From: an uncultured candidatus Porisulfidus sp.
GTDB lineage: Bacteria > Pseudomonadota > Gammaproteobacteria > Poriferisulfidales > Poriferisulfidaceae
Length of the DNA: 64,000 nucleotides
Assembly: GCA_965204575.1 (NCBI GenBank)
Contig: OZ241993.1
Span: 576,001-640,000 of the forward strand
Direction: 5' to 3'
Part shown: piece by piece, positions 16,848 through 26,364 of the stretch
Position numbering within the stretch: the stretch's first letter is position 1
How the letters are laid out: every line of letters begins with the position of its first letter
Made by a program: the position numbers and the translations under genes
Notes under the pieces: generated by a model
Told to the model about the DNA's origin: nothing
Databases searched by the model: none
What the model saw: the letters and a program-made list of their open reading frames with translations, nothing else

Positions 16848-19550
16848 ATGCCGTCCGACGTCGCCGCTTCTGCCGATCGCCCGGAAGACCGCATACGCGC
16901 CGACACCCTGCGCTATACCGAGAGTATGGTCCAGCAGCTGGGCGGGTTGCTGCTGGGAGTCATTCGTCGCCGCACCCCGGAAATTGTCCCGCTTCTTGAA
17001 AGCCGAGGGGAGATAACCTCGGAGACCCGATTGCGGGTTCTCCAGGCCTACGGGATCGGCTTCCAACTGTTCAATATCGCCGAGCAGAACGCGGCAATCC
17101 GGCATCGCCGGGCAATCGAGGACGAACTCGGGCCGCAGCAGGTCCCCGGTTCTTTTTCTGCCGCGCTCGCGCACGCCCGCGCTGTCGGGCTTGATGCCGA
17201 AGCCGTTCGCGACCGCCTGCGGGGCGCGCAGGTCGTGCCGGTGCTGACGGCGCACCCGACCGAGGCCAAGCGGGTAACGGTACTGGAAATCCACCGACGC
17301 ATCTACGTGCTGCTCAAGGAGCTGGAAGAGACCCGCTACACGGAGCGGGAACGCCAGCGCATGATCGATGCCATCAGCGACGAGATCGACCTGCTGTGGA
17401 TGACCGGAGAAATTCGCCTGACCAAACCCACCGTGACCGAGGAGGTCGCGTGGATCCTGCACTTTTTCGACGAATCGCTTTATCGTGGTGCGCGCGACCT
17501 GTTCTGGCAGTTGTCGCAGGCGCTGAAAGAGCACTATCCCGACACGCAGTTCGAGACGCCACCGCTGCTCCACTTCGGTTGCTGGGTCGGCGGCGACCGC
17601 GACGGCAATCCCCACGTGACGCCCGAGGTGACCCGGGAGGCTCTCGATGGCTACCGGGAAGCGGCGCTGTCGCACCTGTACCGGCAGATGGCCGAGGCCC
17701 GAAGCCGGCTGTCCATCGCCGCCCATGCGGTGACCGTGCCCGGGAACTTCCTGTCGCGGCTGGACGTGATGCTGGGCGGGCAGGAGGACGCCAAGGCGCT
17801 GCGCGCCCGCAATCCCCAGGAAGTATTCCGGCAATACCTGAACCTTTTGATGCGCCGCCTCGAAGCGACTCAAAATGAGGCGCCGGATGGATACGCCAAC
17901 GCGACCGAACTGGTGGAAGACCTGAAGGCCTTGGAGAGAGGCTTGCGCGAAACCGACTGCGGCTCCATCGCCGACTTGCTGGTGCGCCCGCTGCGCCTGG
18001 AAGCGCAAGTGTTCGGCTTCCATACCGTGAGCCTGGACATTCGCGAGAACAGCACCGTGATCAACAACACCCTGTCGGCCCTGTATCGCCAGTTGGAAGG
18101 GGAGGAACCGCCGGAGCCGGGCAGCGAAGCATGGCGGGAATGGCTGAAGCGGCAGATCGCCGAACCCATGGAAACCCTTCCCGAATTTGAACTCGGGGAT
18201 GAGATGGCGCAGCGCACCGTGGCGCTGTTCCAGTTGCTCGGCGAGATCGCGGACCGGCGCGGGATGGAGCCGTTCGGGGCCTTCATCCTGAGCATGACGC
18301 ACACGCCGGCGGATCTGCTCGGGGTGTACCTCTTGGCCAAATACGGCGGGCTGTTTTCCGACCTCAAGAACTGCGAAACCTGCCGCCTGCCGGTGGTGCC
18401 GCTGCTGGAGACGATCGACGACCTGCGCCGGGGACCCGTGCTGCTGCGCGAGATGCTGGATGTCCCGATGGTGCGCCGCAGCGTCCGTGCCGGCCTTGGA
18501 GTCATGGAGGTCATGGTCGGGTATTCCGACTCCAACAAGGACGGCGGATTCCTGTGTTCCAACCATGAAGTGTCGCTGGCTCAGGCTCGAATGCGCCGGG
18601 TGGGCGAGGAGCGTGGCGTGCCGGTGGCGTTCTTCCATGGACGCGGCGGATCTTCGTCACGCGGCGGGATGCCGGCCGGCCGTGCGATTGCCGCCCAGCC
18701 GCCGGGCACCATCGGCGGGCGGATGCGCCTGACCGAACAGGGCGAAGTGGTGTCGGGAAAGTACGCGAACCGCGGCTATGCGGAGACGCAACTGGAGATC
18801 CTGGCGGCCAGTGTGCTGGAACATTCCCTGCCTGGAGACGAGAATCGCCATCCCGGGTTCGAGGAGGCGATGGAGGCCTTGTCGAAGCTGTCGTACACCG
18901 CCTACCGGAAACTGGCCGATCACCCCGGCCTGGTCATGTTCTACCAGGATGCCTCGCCGGTCGAGGAGCTGGCGTTGCTCAAGATCGGCTCCCGCCCGAT
19001 GCGCCGGTTCGGCGCCAATACCCTGGACGACCTGCGTGCCATCCCTTGGGTGTTCGCCTGGACGCAGAACCGGATGATGGTCCCGGGCTGGTACGGGGTG
19101 GGCGACGCCATCGCGGAATTCATCCGGGTGCGGGGCAAGGCGGGCGAAAAACTTTTGCGCGAGATGTTCGAGCAGCACCGCCTGTTCCGGCTGGTGATCG
19201 ACGAGGTGGAGAAGACCCTGTTCCAGGTCCAGCTCGACATTGCGCGGGATTACGCTGCATTGGTTCCAGATCCCGAGGTGGGAGCCGAGATCTTCTCGAT
19301 GATCGAGCAGGAATACGAGCGGACTTGTGAGGCCGTGCTTCGGGTATCTGGCAGCGAGGCCCTGTGCGACCGCTTCGTGATGTTCAGCGACCGCCTGTCG
19401 CGGCGGTTGCCGATTATCGACCGGGTCAGTCGCGAACAGGTCGAACTGATCAAGCTATGCCGGAGCCAAGAGCGTCCGGAGACTTTGGACCTAGTTCCGC
19501 TGCTGCTGTCGATCAACTGCGTGGCGGCCGGGTTGGGCTGGACCGGTTAG
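16848..19550 (+). CDS. ppc: phosphoenolpyruvate carboxylase (serine-cycle-linked copy)
   Basis: VLTAHPTE, GGDRDGNP, GYSDSNKDGG, FHGRGG, RAIPWVF; ends GLGWTG. Confidence 0.95.
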   Translation: MPSDVAASADRPEDRIRADTLRYTESMVQQLGGLLLGVIRRRTPEIVPLLESRGEITSETRLRVLQAYGIGFQLFNIAEQNAAIRHRRAIEDELGPQQVPGSFSAALAHARAVGLDAEAVRDRLRGAQVVPVLTAHPTEAKRVTVLEIHRRIYVLLKELEETRYTERERQRMIDAISDEIDLLWMTGEIRLTKPTVTEEVAWILHFFDESLYRGARDLFWQLSQALKEHYPDTQFETPPLLHFGCWVGGDRDGNPHVTPEVTREALDGYREAALSHLYRQMAEARSRLSIAAHAVTVPGNFLSRLDVMLGGQEDAKALRARNPQEVFRQYLNLLMRRLEATQNEAPDGYANATELVEDLKALERGLRETDCGSIADLLVRPLRLEAQVFGFHTVSLDIRENSTVINNTLSALYRQLEGEEPPEPGSEAWREWLKRQIAEPMETLPEFELGDEMAQRTVALFQLLGEIADRRGMEPFGAFILSMTHTPADLLGVYLLAKYGGLFSDLKNCETCRLPVVPLLETIDDLRRGPVLLREMLDVPMVRRSVRAGLGVMEVMVGYSDSNKDGGFLCSNHEVSLAQARMRRVGEERGVPVAFFHGRGGSSSRGGMPAGRAIAAQPPGTIGGRMRLTEQGEVVSGKYANRGYAETQLEILAASVLEHSLPGDENRHPGFEEAMEALSKLSYTAYRKLADHPGLVMFYQDASPVEELALLKIGSRPMRRFGANTLDDLRAIPWVFAWTQNRMMVPGWYGVGDAIAEFIRVRGKAGEKLLREMFEQHRLFRLVIDEVEKTLFQVQLDIARDYAALVPDPEVGAEIFSMIEQEYERTCEAVLRVSGSEALCDRFVMFSDRLSRRLPIIDRVSREQVELIKLCRSQERPETLDLVPLLLSINCVAAGLGWTG

Positions 19551-19607
19551 ACAGAAAGCGATACAATACGATATGAGTAAGCACTGTACCTTTGCTTCCT
19601 CAAATAA

Positions 19608-20504
19608 ATGGCAAATTCTCTACAGTCTTCAATCCAACCTGTCTTAGGCAAACCTAAGAGCTTAAGACAGCCTCTCGTTGTCCCCCGCGCACAAATTCGG
19701 CGCCCTAAGGTGCGGATTCTTAAGGGCGATTGCGCGAAAGTAATCCGGAAGCAAATACCGCCTGAAAGTGTAGATTTGATATTTACTTCACCGCCTTACG
19801 CTGACCAGCGAAGAAAAAATTACGGTGGCATCTCTCCGGATGAATATGTAGATTGGTTTTTGCCTCGTGCAGAGGCCTTTAAATCTTGTTTGAAGCCAGA
19901 AGGTTCGTTTGTTTTGAATATTAAGGAGAAAGCGATCAACGGAGAACGACACACATATGTTCTAGAACTAATACTCGCGCTCCGCAAGCAGGGCTGGCGA
20001 TGGGTAGATGAATATTGTTGGCACAAAAAGAATTGCTACCCAGGGAAATGGCCTAATCGATTTCGAGATTCTTGGGAGCGATTACTGCATTTTACCTTGT
20101 CTAAGAATTTCAAAATGAGACAAGAAGCAGTCATGGTGCCCATGGGTGATTGGAAACATAGTCGCTTGAAGTCGCTGTCAGAAACAGATCAAATACGTGA
20201 CTTGTCAAAGAACGAAAATGGCTTCGGGAAACGTATCGCCAATTGGGTTGGGCGAGATATGGCATATCCAACCAATGTGCTACATTTTCCGACGGAATGT
20301 GGTTACAAGGGGCACCCCGCAGCCTTTCCGCTGACCCTTCCGGATTGGTTTATTCGATTATTTACGGATCCGGGAGATTGGGTTCTGGACCCCTTTGCCG
20401 GTTCTGGAACCACACTAGCAGCAGCAAAATCTCTGGGACGGCATAGTGTCGGCATTGATGTTCTTTCGGATTACTGCGAAGTAATGCGAGAAAGACTGCG
20501 CTAG
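19608..20504 (+). CDS. site-specific DNA methyltransferase (N4/N6, beta class)
   Basis: FTSPPY motif IV, HPAAFP, LDPFAGSGTT motif I. Confidence 0.92.
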   Translation: MANSLQSSIQPVLGKPKSLRQPLVVPRAQIRRPKVRILKGDCAKVIRKQIPPESVDLIFTSPPYADQRRKNYGGISPDEYVDWFLPRAEAFKSCLKPEGSFVLNIKEKAINGERHTYVLELILALRKQGWRWVDEYCWHKKNCYPGKWPNRFRDSWERLLHFTLSKNFKMRQEAVMVPMGDWKHSRLKSLSETDQIRDLSKNENGFGKRIANWVGRDMAYPTNVLHFPTECGYKGHPAAFPLTLPDWFIRLFTDPGDWVLDPFAGSGTTLAAAKSLGRHSVGIDVLSDYCEVMRERLR

Positions 20505-21292
20505 TGACTCGATTGAATTACCCTCAGTGGTGGTCTGCTGCGGAGCCGGAACTTCGTAAAATCGTTTCAGATTTTTTTGTCAAAATGGAGGAAAAATTAA
20601 ATGAACCTCCAGAAAAAATGGTGAAAAGAAAAAATCCATTTCTATTTAGAACTAAGGCAGAAACTGGGGAAGACTATGCGGCGGCATTGATTGAAGCATT
20701 TCTTTCATCAAGCGAAGAAACCGTTTTTGGCGGCGTATTAGAAAGCATGGCTACAGTGATATGTCGCCATGCAAAAGGAGGAAGAAAATCAGGGATAGAA
20801 CATATCGATCTCGAATACGATATTGAAAATAACACACGCGTAATTGTCCAAATCAAATCAGGAATTCATTGGGGAAATTCAAGCCAAAGAAAATCTCTAC
20901 GCAATGCTTTCCAAAAGGCTAGCCGAATTTTAAGGCAGGGGAATAAAGGCTTAAATGTGAGATGCATAGAAGGTTGTTGTTATGGTCCGAGTGGACACCA
21001 AGATTTAGGCCATCATGAACGTCTCGTAGGCAATGAGTTTTGGCAAGAAATTTCTGATTGGGATAAAACGAGTGTGGCCGTACTCAATCTAGTAGGCGAG
21101 CATGCTAGTAATGATTTTCATATGGCACGAGAACAAGCTAAAGCCAGGGTTCTTGAATACTTAAAACATCAACAGGTGTTAAATGGGGATAAAGTTCTTT
21201 GGGGTAAGCTTCTTGACTTAGTTTTGCGGCCAAAAACACCAAAGAAAAATAATAAGTCTGATGACGAATCTACGCTAGCATCAGAAATGTGA
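20504..21292 (+). CDS. type II restriction endonuclease (PmeII/EcoO109I-like)
   Basis: NPFLFR, SSSEETVFG, IDLE..QIKSG.HWGNSSQ; coupled to MTase. Confidence 0.75.
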   Translation: MTRLNYPQWWSAAEPELRKIVSDFFVKMEEKLNEPPEKMVKRKNPFLFRTKAETGEDYAAALIEAFLSSSEETVFGGVLESMATVICRHAKGGRKSGIEHIDLEYDIENNTRVIVQIKSGIHWGNSSQRKSLRNAFQKASRILRQGNKGLNVRCIEGCCYGPSGHQDLGHHERLVGNEFWQEISDWDKTSVAVLNLVGEHASNDFHMAREQAKARVLEYLKHQQVLNGDKVLWGKLLDLVLRPKTPKKNNKSDDESTLASEM

Positions 21293-21445
21293 ATTTGTGG
21301 CATGATCAAGAGAAACTAAAAACTTAATAAAGCCCGGCTTGCGTGAAGCACTTATTCTTTTGTTACTCGCGCGCCATAGTTGAGGATGCGCTAGGGAATA
21401 AAATGATTGACTTTTCGAAAACTTAAAAAATCAACGAGGCAAAAA

Positions 21446-23272
21446 ATGTCTGCACAAAAACTACCAGAAATCAAAAACGCATTTGATGCTCTTCGCGACG
21501 AGATTAGAAAACTGAGAAAGTATGAAGATAACAAACTTCTTGCTCCGGTTTATATCCAGTATTACATGCAGGAAGGCGAATATCGCTATTCTGATTATGT
21601 GGAACAAATTACGGATGATACGGGCGATGGGGGGATAGATGCTGTTGTTATGCAAAATGAGGACCAGACAGATCAATTATTATTAATTCAGGCAAAACAT
21701 GTGCCTAGTTTTAGCAAAGAAGAGGCCTTAAACGCGGCCCAAAAAATTAAAAACACCATCGAACTTTGGAAAAATGGTCAGCAAGAAGGGCTCAACCGAA
21801 AAATTAAAAGAATTCTTGCAGCGGCAATGGATGTGTTTGATGAAGAGGATGAACCCGCTATCGAAATGGCGATCGTTACTACGGCGTCCCCATCTCTGAA
21901 AGAGAAAAGTAAAATCAGAAAAGCATTGTCGGATGATCCCGACCTTGAGAATTATTCACCCAAGATTGTATTTGGCGATGAACTGGTTGAGAAAATAAAG
22001 GCAATTCAAACCCCCAAATTTAAAGTAGATCTGGGAGAAATCAAGATTAGCAGGCAGTCTGGGCAATTGTCCTATTCATTAGCTGGTGAGGAAAAATGTA
22101 TCATCGTTAGCATTTCTGCGAAATCACTAAAAAGTTTGTACAACCAATTTTGTGAGAATGGCTTATTCGGACAAAACTTGCGCGAATATATTCAAAATAG
22201 AAAAGTTGACAGTGCCCTTGTTAAATCTATACAGAAAAAACCTGACTACTTTTGGATGTTAAATAACGGGATAACTATAGGATGTAATGAATATAGTGTT
22301 GATGGCAATCGGCTTAGGCTTTCTGGCTTTTCGATTATTAATGGAGCACAGACCACCACCAAAATTGGCAAAACCGATTTCGCCTCTGACTTCTATTTGC
22401 CCTGCAAAGTAATTCAAGAGAGCGCGGAGGAAGAATTAGATACATACGCTGAAGCAGCGAACGCACAGAAGCCTATAAAAGATAGAGATTTGAAAGCTAA
22501 TTCTGATGAACAGCGCCAGTTGAAGCAACGTTTTGAAAACAATTCTCCCCCTGTGCACATCGAAATTAAGCGCGGTGTGAAGAAATTTACAAGTGCTCAG
22601 AGAAAGAAACTTGATCTAAGAGACTGGCAGCAAATTAACAACCATGAATATGGGAAACTTGTTCTTGCTTTTCATCGCCAGAAGCCATGGATTTCTTATG
22701 GCTACCCAGGGAGAATATTTTCCTCAGATGATATCTACCAAGAAACTTTTCGCCGATCTTACTACTTAGAAACTGACATAGATATTCTACGCATTCATGA
22801 TGTGTATTTGTCATGGAAAGACAAAATAATTGAAAAATGGGAGAGCCAAAAACGCTTTGAGATGTCAAGTGCAAATCATGAGGAAATAGTAAAATTTGGG
22901 AAATTCGCCTTGATAGCAAATCTTCGATTGATTATTTGTTATTCGAGCATTAAACAAGCAATAAGTGAGAGGAAACTTGAGACTTGGGAAGACGTAATCA
23001 CATGTCAAGAATTAAAAGGGAGGCTCTTGTCAGATGATTCTGGCTCTATAGATTTAAGTGAGATATGCAGTGAAAAGATTGAGAACTTTTTAGACACACT
23101 ATTGGAGGTGCATGGCGAATTAATCGAATCATCCGGGAAAAGTCCGCAACAAATGTACAAGGATAAGGAGTTCTACCATAAGCTTAGCCGAGTAATTGTG
23201 GATAGACTTGGGAGGAAAACAGAATTGCAATTTGCCTACAAAAATGTTGGTGATGTTTTTTCCTCAGTTTAA
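21446..23272 (+). CDS. AIPR (abortive infection phage resistance) family protein
   Basis: GDGGIDA..IQAK nuclease-like N-terminus; NLREY, FWMLNNGITI, IINGAQTT. Confidence 0.88.
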   Translation: MSAQKLPEIKNAFDALRDEIRKLRKYEDNKLLAPVYIQYYMQEGEYRYSDYVEQITDDTGDGGIDAVVMQNEDQTDQLLLIQAKHVPSFSKEEALNAAQKIKNTIELWKNGQQEGLNRKIKRILAAAMDVFDEEDEPAIEMAIVTTASPSLKEKSKIRKALSDDPDLENYSPKIVFGDELVEKIKAIQTPKFKVDLGEIKISRQSGQLSYSLAGEEKCIIVSISAKSLKSLYNQFCENGLFGQNLREYIQNRKVDSALVKSIQKKPDYFWMLNNGITIGCNEYSVDGNRLRLSGFSIINGAQTTTKIGKTDFASDFYLPCKVIQESAEEELDTYAEAANAQKPIKDRDLKANSDEQRQLKQRFENNSPPVHIEIKRGVKKFTSAQRKKLDLRDWQQINNHEYGKLVLAFHRQKPWISYGYPGRIFSSDDIYQETFRRSYYLETDIDILRIHDVYLSWKDKIIEKWESQKRFEMSSANHEEIVKFGKFALIANLRLIICYSSIKQAISERKLETWEDVITCQELKGRLLSDDSGSIDLSEICSEKIENFLDTLLEVHGELIESSGKSPQQMYKDKEFYHKLSRVIVDRLGRKTELQFAYKNVGDVFSSV

Positions 23273-23321
23273 TTTTGGGCATCAATAGCATTAAAAAAAC
23301 AGGCAATTCACAACAAATACT

Positions 23322-24182
23322 ATGAAGAAACTGCTCTTTCATCTGGACACGGACGCCCAGCCATCCGCTTTCGACCAGGTGGTCGCCTACGACGGAGGCG
23401 CGGATGCCGTCCTGGCCTACGGCGGGGTCACTGCTGACAATTGCTTCCCGCTGGTGGAAGGTGCGATCTTCACCCGCGCGCCGAAAAACAAACGCTATAC
23501 CGCGATTCTGATCGGTGGTAGTGACCTGGCACAGGCCGAAGCCCTCATGGACACCGTGAAGTCCCAGTTTTTCCAAGGTTTCCGGGTGTCATTGATGATG
23601 GACGCTAATGGCTGCAACACCACTGCGGCGGCAGCAGTCGCGATGCTGGGTGCTGCGCACCCGCTTGAAGGCTCCAGCGCGACGGTGCTCGCCGGAACCG
23701 GGCCGGTTGGCCAACGTGCTGCGGTCATGTTGGCGCAGTCGGGAGCCCAGGTGCGCCTGACTTCACGCAAACTGGAGCGCGCCCAGCAGGCGTGCGAGGG
23801 AATTTCGGAACGTTATGGCGTGGCGGTGGAACCGATGGCGGCATCGGATGCGGCCGGGACGGCCGCCGCAATCGAAGGCGCGGCCATCGTCCTGGCTACG
23901 GGTCAGGCCGGGGTGCGGTTGCTGCCGACCGAAATCTGGCAGGCATCGTCCAGCCTGCGTGCGGTCGGGGACGTGGGAACCTGCCCGCCTCTGGGCGTGG
24001 AAGGGATGGACATGACCGATGGCGGTCGAGAAGTTGACGGAATCTCCCTGTTCGGCGGGCTGGCCTTCGGGGCCCTGAAACTCCGAACCCACCGCGAGGC
24101 GATCTCGCGGATGTTCGAGAGCAACGATCAGGTATGGGATGCCGAGGAGACGCTGGCCTTGGCCCGCGAGCTTTACGACTGA
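23322..24182 (+). CDS. mtdA: NADP-dependent methylene-H4MPT/methylene-H4F dehydrogenase
   Basis: MKKLLFHLDTD, FDQVVAYDGGAD, GAIFTRAP, DANGCNTTAAA, GTGPVG. Confidence 0.92.
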   Translation: MKKLLFHLDTDAQPSAFDQVVAYDGGADAVLAYGGVTADNCFPLVEGAIFTRAPKNKRYTAILIGGSDLAQAEALMDTVKSQFFQGFRVSLMMDANGCNTTAAAAVAMLGAAHPLEGSSATVLAGTGPVGQRAAVMLAQSGAQVRLTSRKLERAQQACEGISERYGVAVEPMAASDAAGTAAAIEGAAIVLATGQAGVRLLPTEIWQASSSLRAVGDVGTCPPLGVEGMDMTDGGREVDGISLFGGLAFGALKLRTHREAISRMFESNDQVWDAEETLALARELYD

Positions 24183-24844
24183 CGCCGGCGCAACTCGGTG
24201 TCGATCTGGTCGATCTGTTCCTTCAGCGTTTCAGCCTGGTAGCGAAGTTCCAGCCGTTCGCGCGCTTCCTGGACCAAGCGGTAGGTTTCCTTCAGGCGCT
24301 GGGAGTGCCGGCCGAGTATCGTCTCGGGATCCTCATGATCCTGCAGCATCCGATCCCGGATAACCTGCTTCCTTTGCATGATGGTCATCATCGCGGCGTA
24401 GCTGACGCCTAGGCGGAAGTCGTAAGGCTTGTACCTTTGCAAGGTGGTGACCTCCGGGCGCAATTCCTCGACGATCTTGATCAGCGTACGCCGGAAGTTC
24501 ATCAGGTCTTCCTTGAGCGTTCCCTCGACTTCGTAGTGCTGGATGATCTGCGGGATCAGGCCGATGATCTGGATGCGTTCGTCGTCGTAGACCAAGAGCG
24601 CGTGGAGCAATTGCTTCTCCAGTTCTTCGATGGAGAGGGCGGAGGCGGTGTCCAGCTGTTCGGCGTAGGTTTCGCGCTGGGCCCGAAGTTCGCTGATCGT
24701 GCTGTCTTGCAATGATTCCGCGGAAGGCACGGCTGTGCGCGGAATGTCGACGACCGGGTGCGGGGGTTCGCCCTCCGCGTAGGCGCAAAGCGACAGGGTG
24801 GCCAGCAGGATGCCGGGGAGTATGGAGTGGATGCGTGGTGGCAT
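24173..24844 (-). CDS. secreted coiled-coil hypothetical protein
   Basis: signal peptide ending AYA-E; heptad-rich; host-like codon usage. Confidence 0.75.
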   Translation of the reverse strand: MPPRIHSILPGILLATLSLCAYAEGEPPHPVVDIPRTAVPSAESLQDSTISELRAQRETYAEQLDTASALSIEELEKQLLHALLVYDDERIQIIGLIPQIIQHYEVEGTLKEDLMNFRRTLIKIVEELRPEVTTLQRYKPYDFRLGVSYAAMMTIMQRKQVIRDRMLQDHEDPETILGRHSQRLKETYRLVQEARERLELRYQAETLKEQIDQIDTELRRRQS

Positions 24845-24918
24845 GGGAATACAGGTGTTAGGGCAAGCAGTATAACGGGTAAGCGGTGCAGTTATAGCAC
24901 GCCATGAAGATGGCGTGT

Positions 24919-25338
24919 CTATACAAGTTTTAAACGGCTATAAGTAAAGGTAAATTCTTTATTGCGTGACATGTGGAAATCTCCCTTCTGGAGAATATCG
25001 CGCCCAATTAGACCTTGGTATTCTTTACTGTTGCCCTTGTATTCAAGGACATCGGACGAGAATCTTTCAGAATGTCCATCGTCAAAAAATAGGGCTATAT
25101 CTACTATGTACGATCTTGATTCTGATAGGCCCACTGGGGTTGCCACGCCCGTTCGGCCTATGGGCAACAAATTCAATTGCTTGACAATTTCTGGTGCAAC
25201 ACACGAAAGGCATGCTCCCGTGTCAATGAGGAATTTGTAACGATCTGATGAGTGTTCGACCGGTTGACCTGGAAGTACAACGCTTACTTCAATGAGTGGG
25301 CCGATTTCAGGTTCATACCTTCCAACTATTTTCGACAT
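24919..25338 (-). CDS. retropepsin-like (clan AA) aspartic protease
   Basis: FLIDTGA catalytic motif and LIGRDIL. Confidence 0.88.
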   Translation of the reverse strand: MSKIVGRYEPEIGPLIEVSVVLPGQPVEHSSDRYKFLIDTGACLSCVAPEIVKQLNLLPIGRTGVATPVGLSESRSYIVDIALFFDDGHSERFSSDVLEYKGNSKEYQGLIGRDILQKGDFHMSRNKEFTFTYSRLKLV

Positions 25339-25579
25339 GAGAGAAATACCCTAAGTCCACGACTGTGTCCGTCACTTTCTGTATGGAAAACACACCATCA
25401 GGATAATTTTTTTCTGCATGTGTGAATGCATCTGAGGCTGAAGCAAAATACTTGATAATCTTTCTGTCGCGGAGCAGGGCATACTCCCCTGAATGTGAAG
25501 ATTTAATGGTCGGCAACAGTTTCTTGAACGCCTGAAAATTTTTATCTATTTCGGCTGTTCTTTCTTCCAGAGTGATCAC
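25313..25579 (-). CDS. small DUF5678-like protein
   Basis: NFQAFKKLLP..HSGEYALLRDRKII..F..ASDA pattern; GTG start 25579; overlaps the protease start. Confidence 0.7.
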   Translation of the reverse strand: MITLEERTAEIDKNFQAFKKLLPTIKSSHSGEYALLRDRKIIKYFASASDAFTHAEKNYPDGVFSIQKVTDTVVDLGYFSHVENSWKV

Positions 25580-25596
25580 TGTAAACTGCCCCCAAC

Positions 25597-25616
25597 TTTT
25601 GCCCTGCAGGGCAAAA
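25597..25616. promoter_or_regulatory. 20-bp perfect palindrome, putative operator
   Basis: TTTTGCCCTGCAGGGCAAAA, between a minus-strand TG-c-TATCAT -10 element and the small-gene start. Confidence 0.65.
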
Positions 25617-25815
25617 TCATGATAGCACACGCTCGCCTGCAGCAAAGCTCTCGGTCTCTCTCCCATATACCAGTGCATACACATTCTCAACTTACTCATC
25701 GACAGCCGCTGGGTGTGCCATACAATAGTCAAATAGCCCTGACCGATGTCGGTACGCGGACCCCGCCCGGATTCGGACAGTCGAGACCCTAGCATCGTGG
25801 CCCGACCGGAGGAGC

Positions 25816-26364
25816 ATGTCGATGACCGATGAGAAATACCACCTGGCCGCGCGCCTGATCCACTGGGTCATGGCGCTGGGCTTCGTCTTCATGTGGGGCT
25901 GCGGCTACGCGATGACGACCCTCGTGGAGGACGACTCCCCGCTGGAGGAACTCCTGTTCGACCTGCACATCTCGGTCGGGGTGACGCTGCTTGCCCTGCT
26001 GGTTCTGCGCATCGCCGTGCGCCTGACCCACCCGCCGCCGCCGTTGCCGGACGCGATTCCGAGATATGAACGGACCGGCGCGCATCTGGGGCACGCCGCG
26101 CTCTACGCGCTTCCCGCCTTGGTCATCGCGGTCGGCTGGGCAGAGACGAATTTCGGCGGCCATGCGGTGCAATGGTTCGGCGTCGAGATGCCCGCGGTCT
26201 TCCCCGAGACCGGGGAAGATCTTCAGGACTGGGCCGAGGATATGCACATGTGGCTCGCCTACACGATGCTGGCGGTCGCCGTGATCCACGTCACCGCCGC
26301 ATTCAAGCACCGATGGTTCGACGGGCACGACGTGATCCACCGAATTGCCTTGGGCGGCAGGTGA
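25816..26364 (+). CDS. cytochrome b561 (CybB/YceJ-like)
   Basis: four TM helices with His ligands (IHW, LHISVG, GHAALY, MHMWLA, IHVTAA). Confidence 0.9.
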   Translation: MSMTDEKYHLAARLIHWVMALGFVFMWGCGYAMTTLVEDDSPLEELLFDLHISVGVTLLALLVLRIAVRLTHPPPPLPDAIPRYERTGAHLGHAALYALPALVIAVGWAETNFGGHAVQWFGVEMPAVFPETGEDLQDWAEDMHMWLAYTMLAVAVIHVTAAFKHRWFDGHDVIHRIALGGR

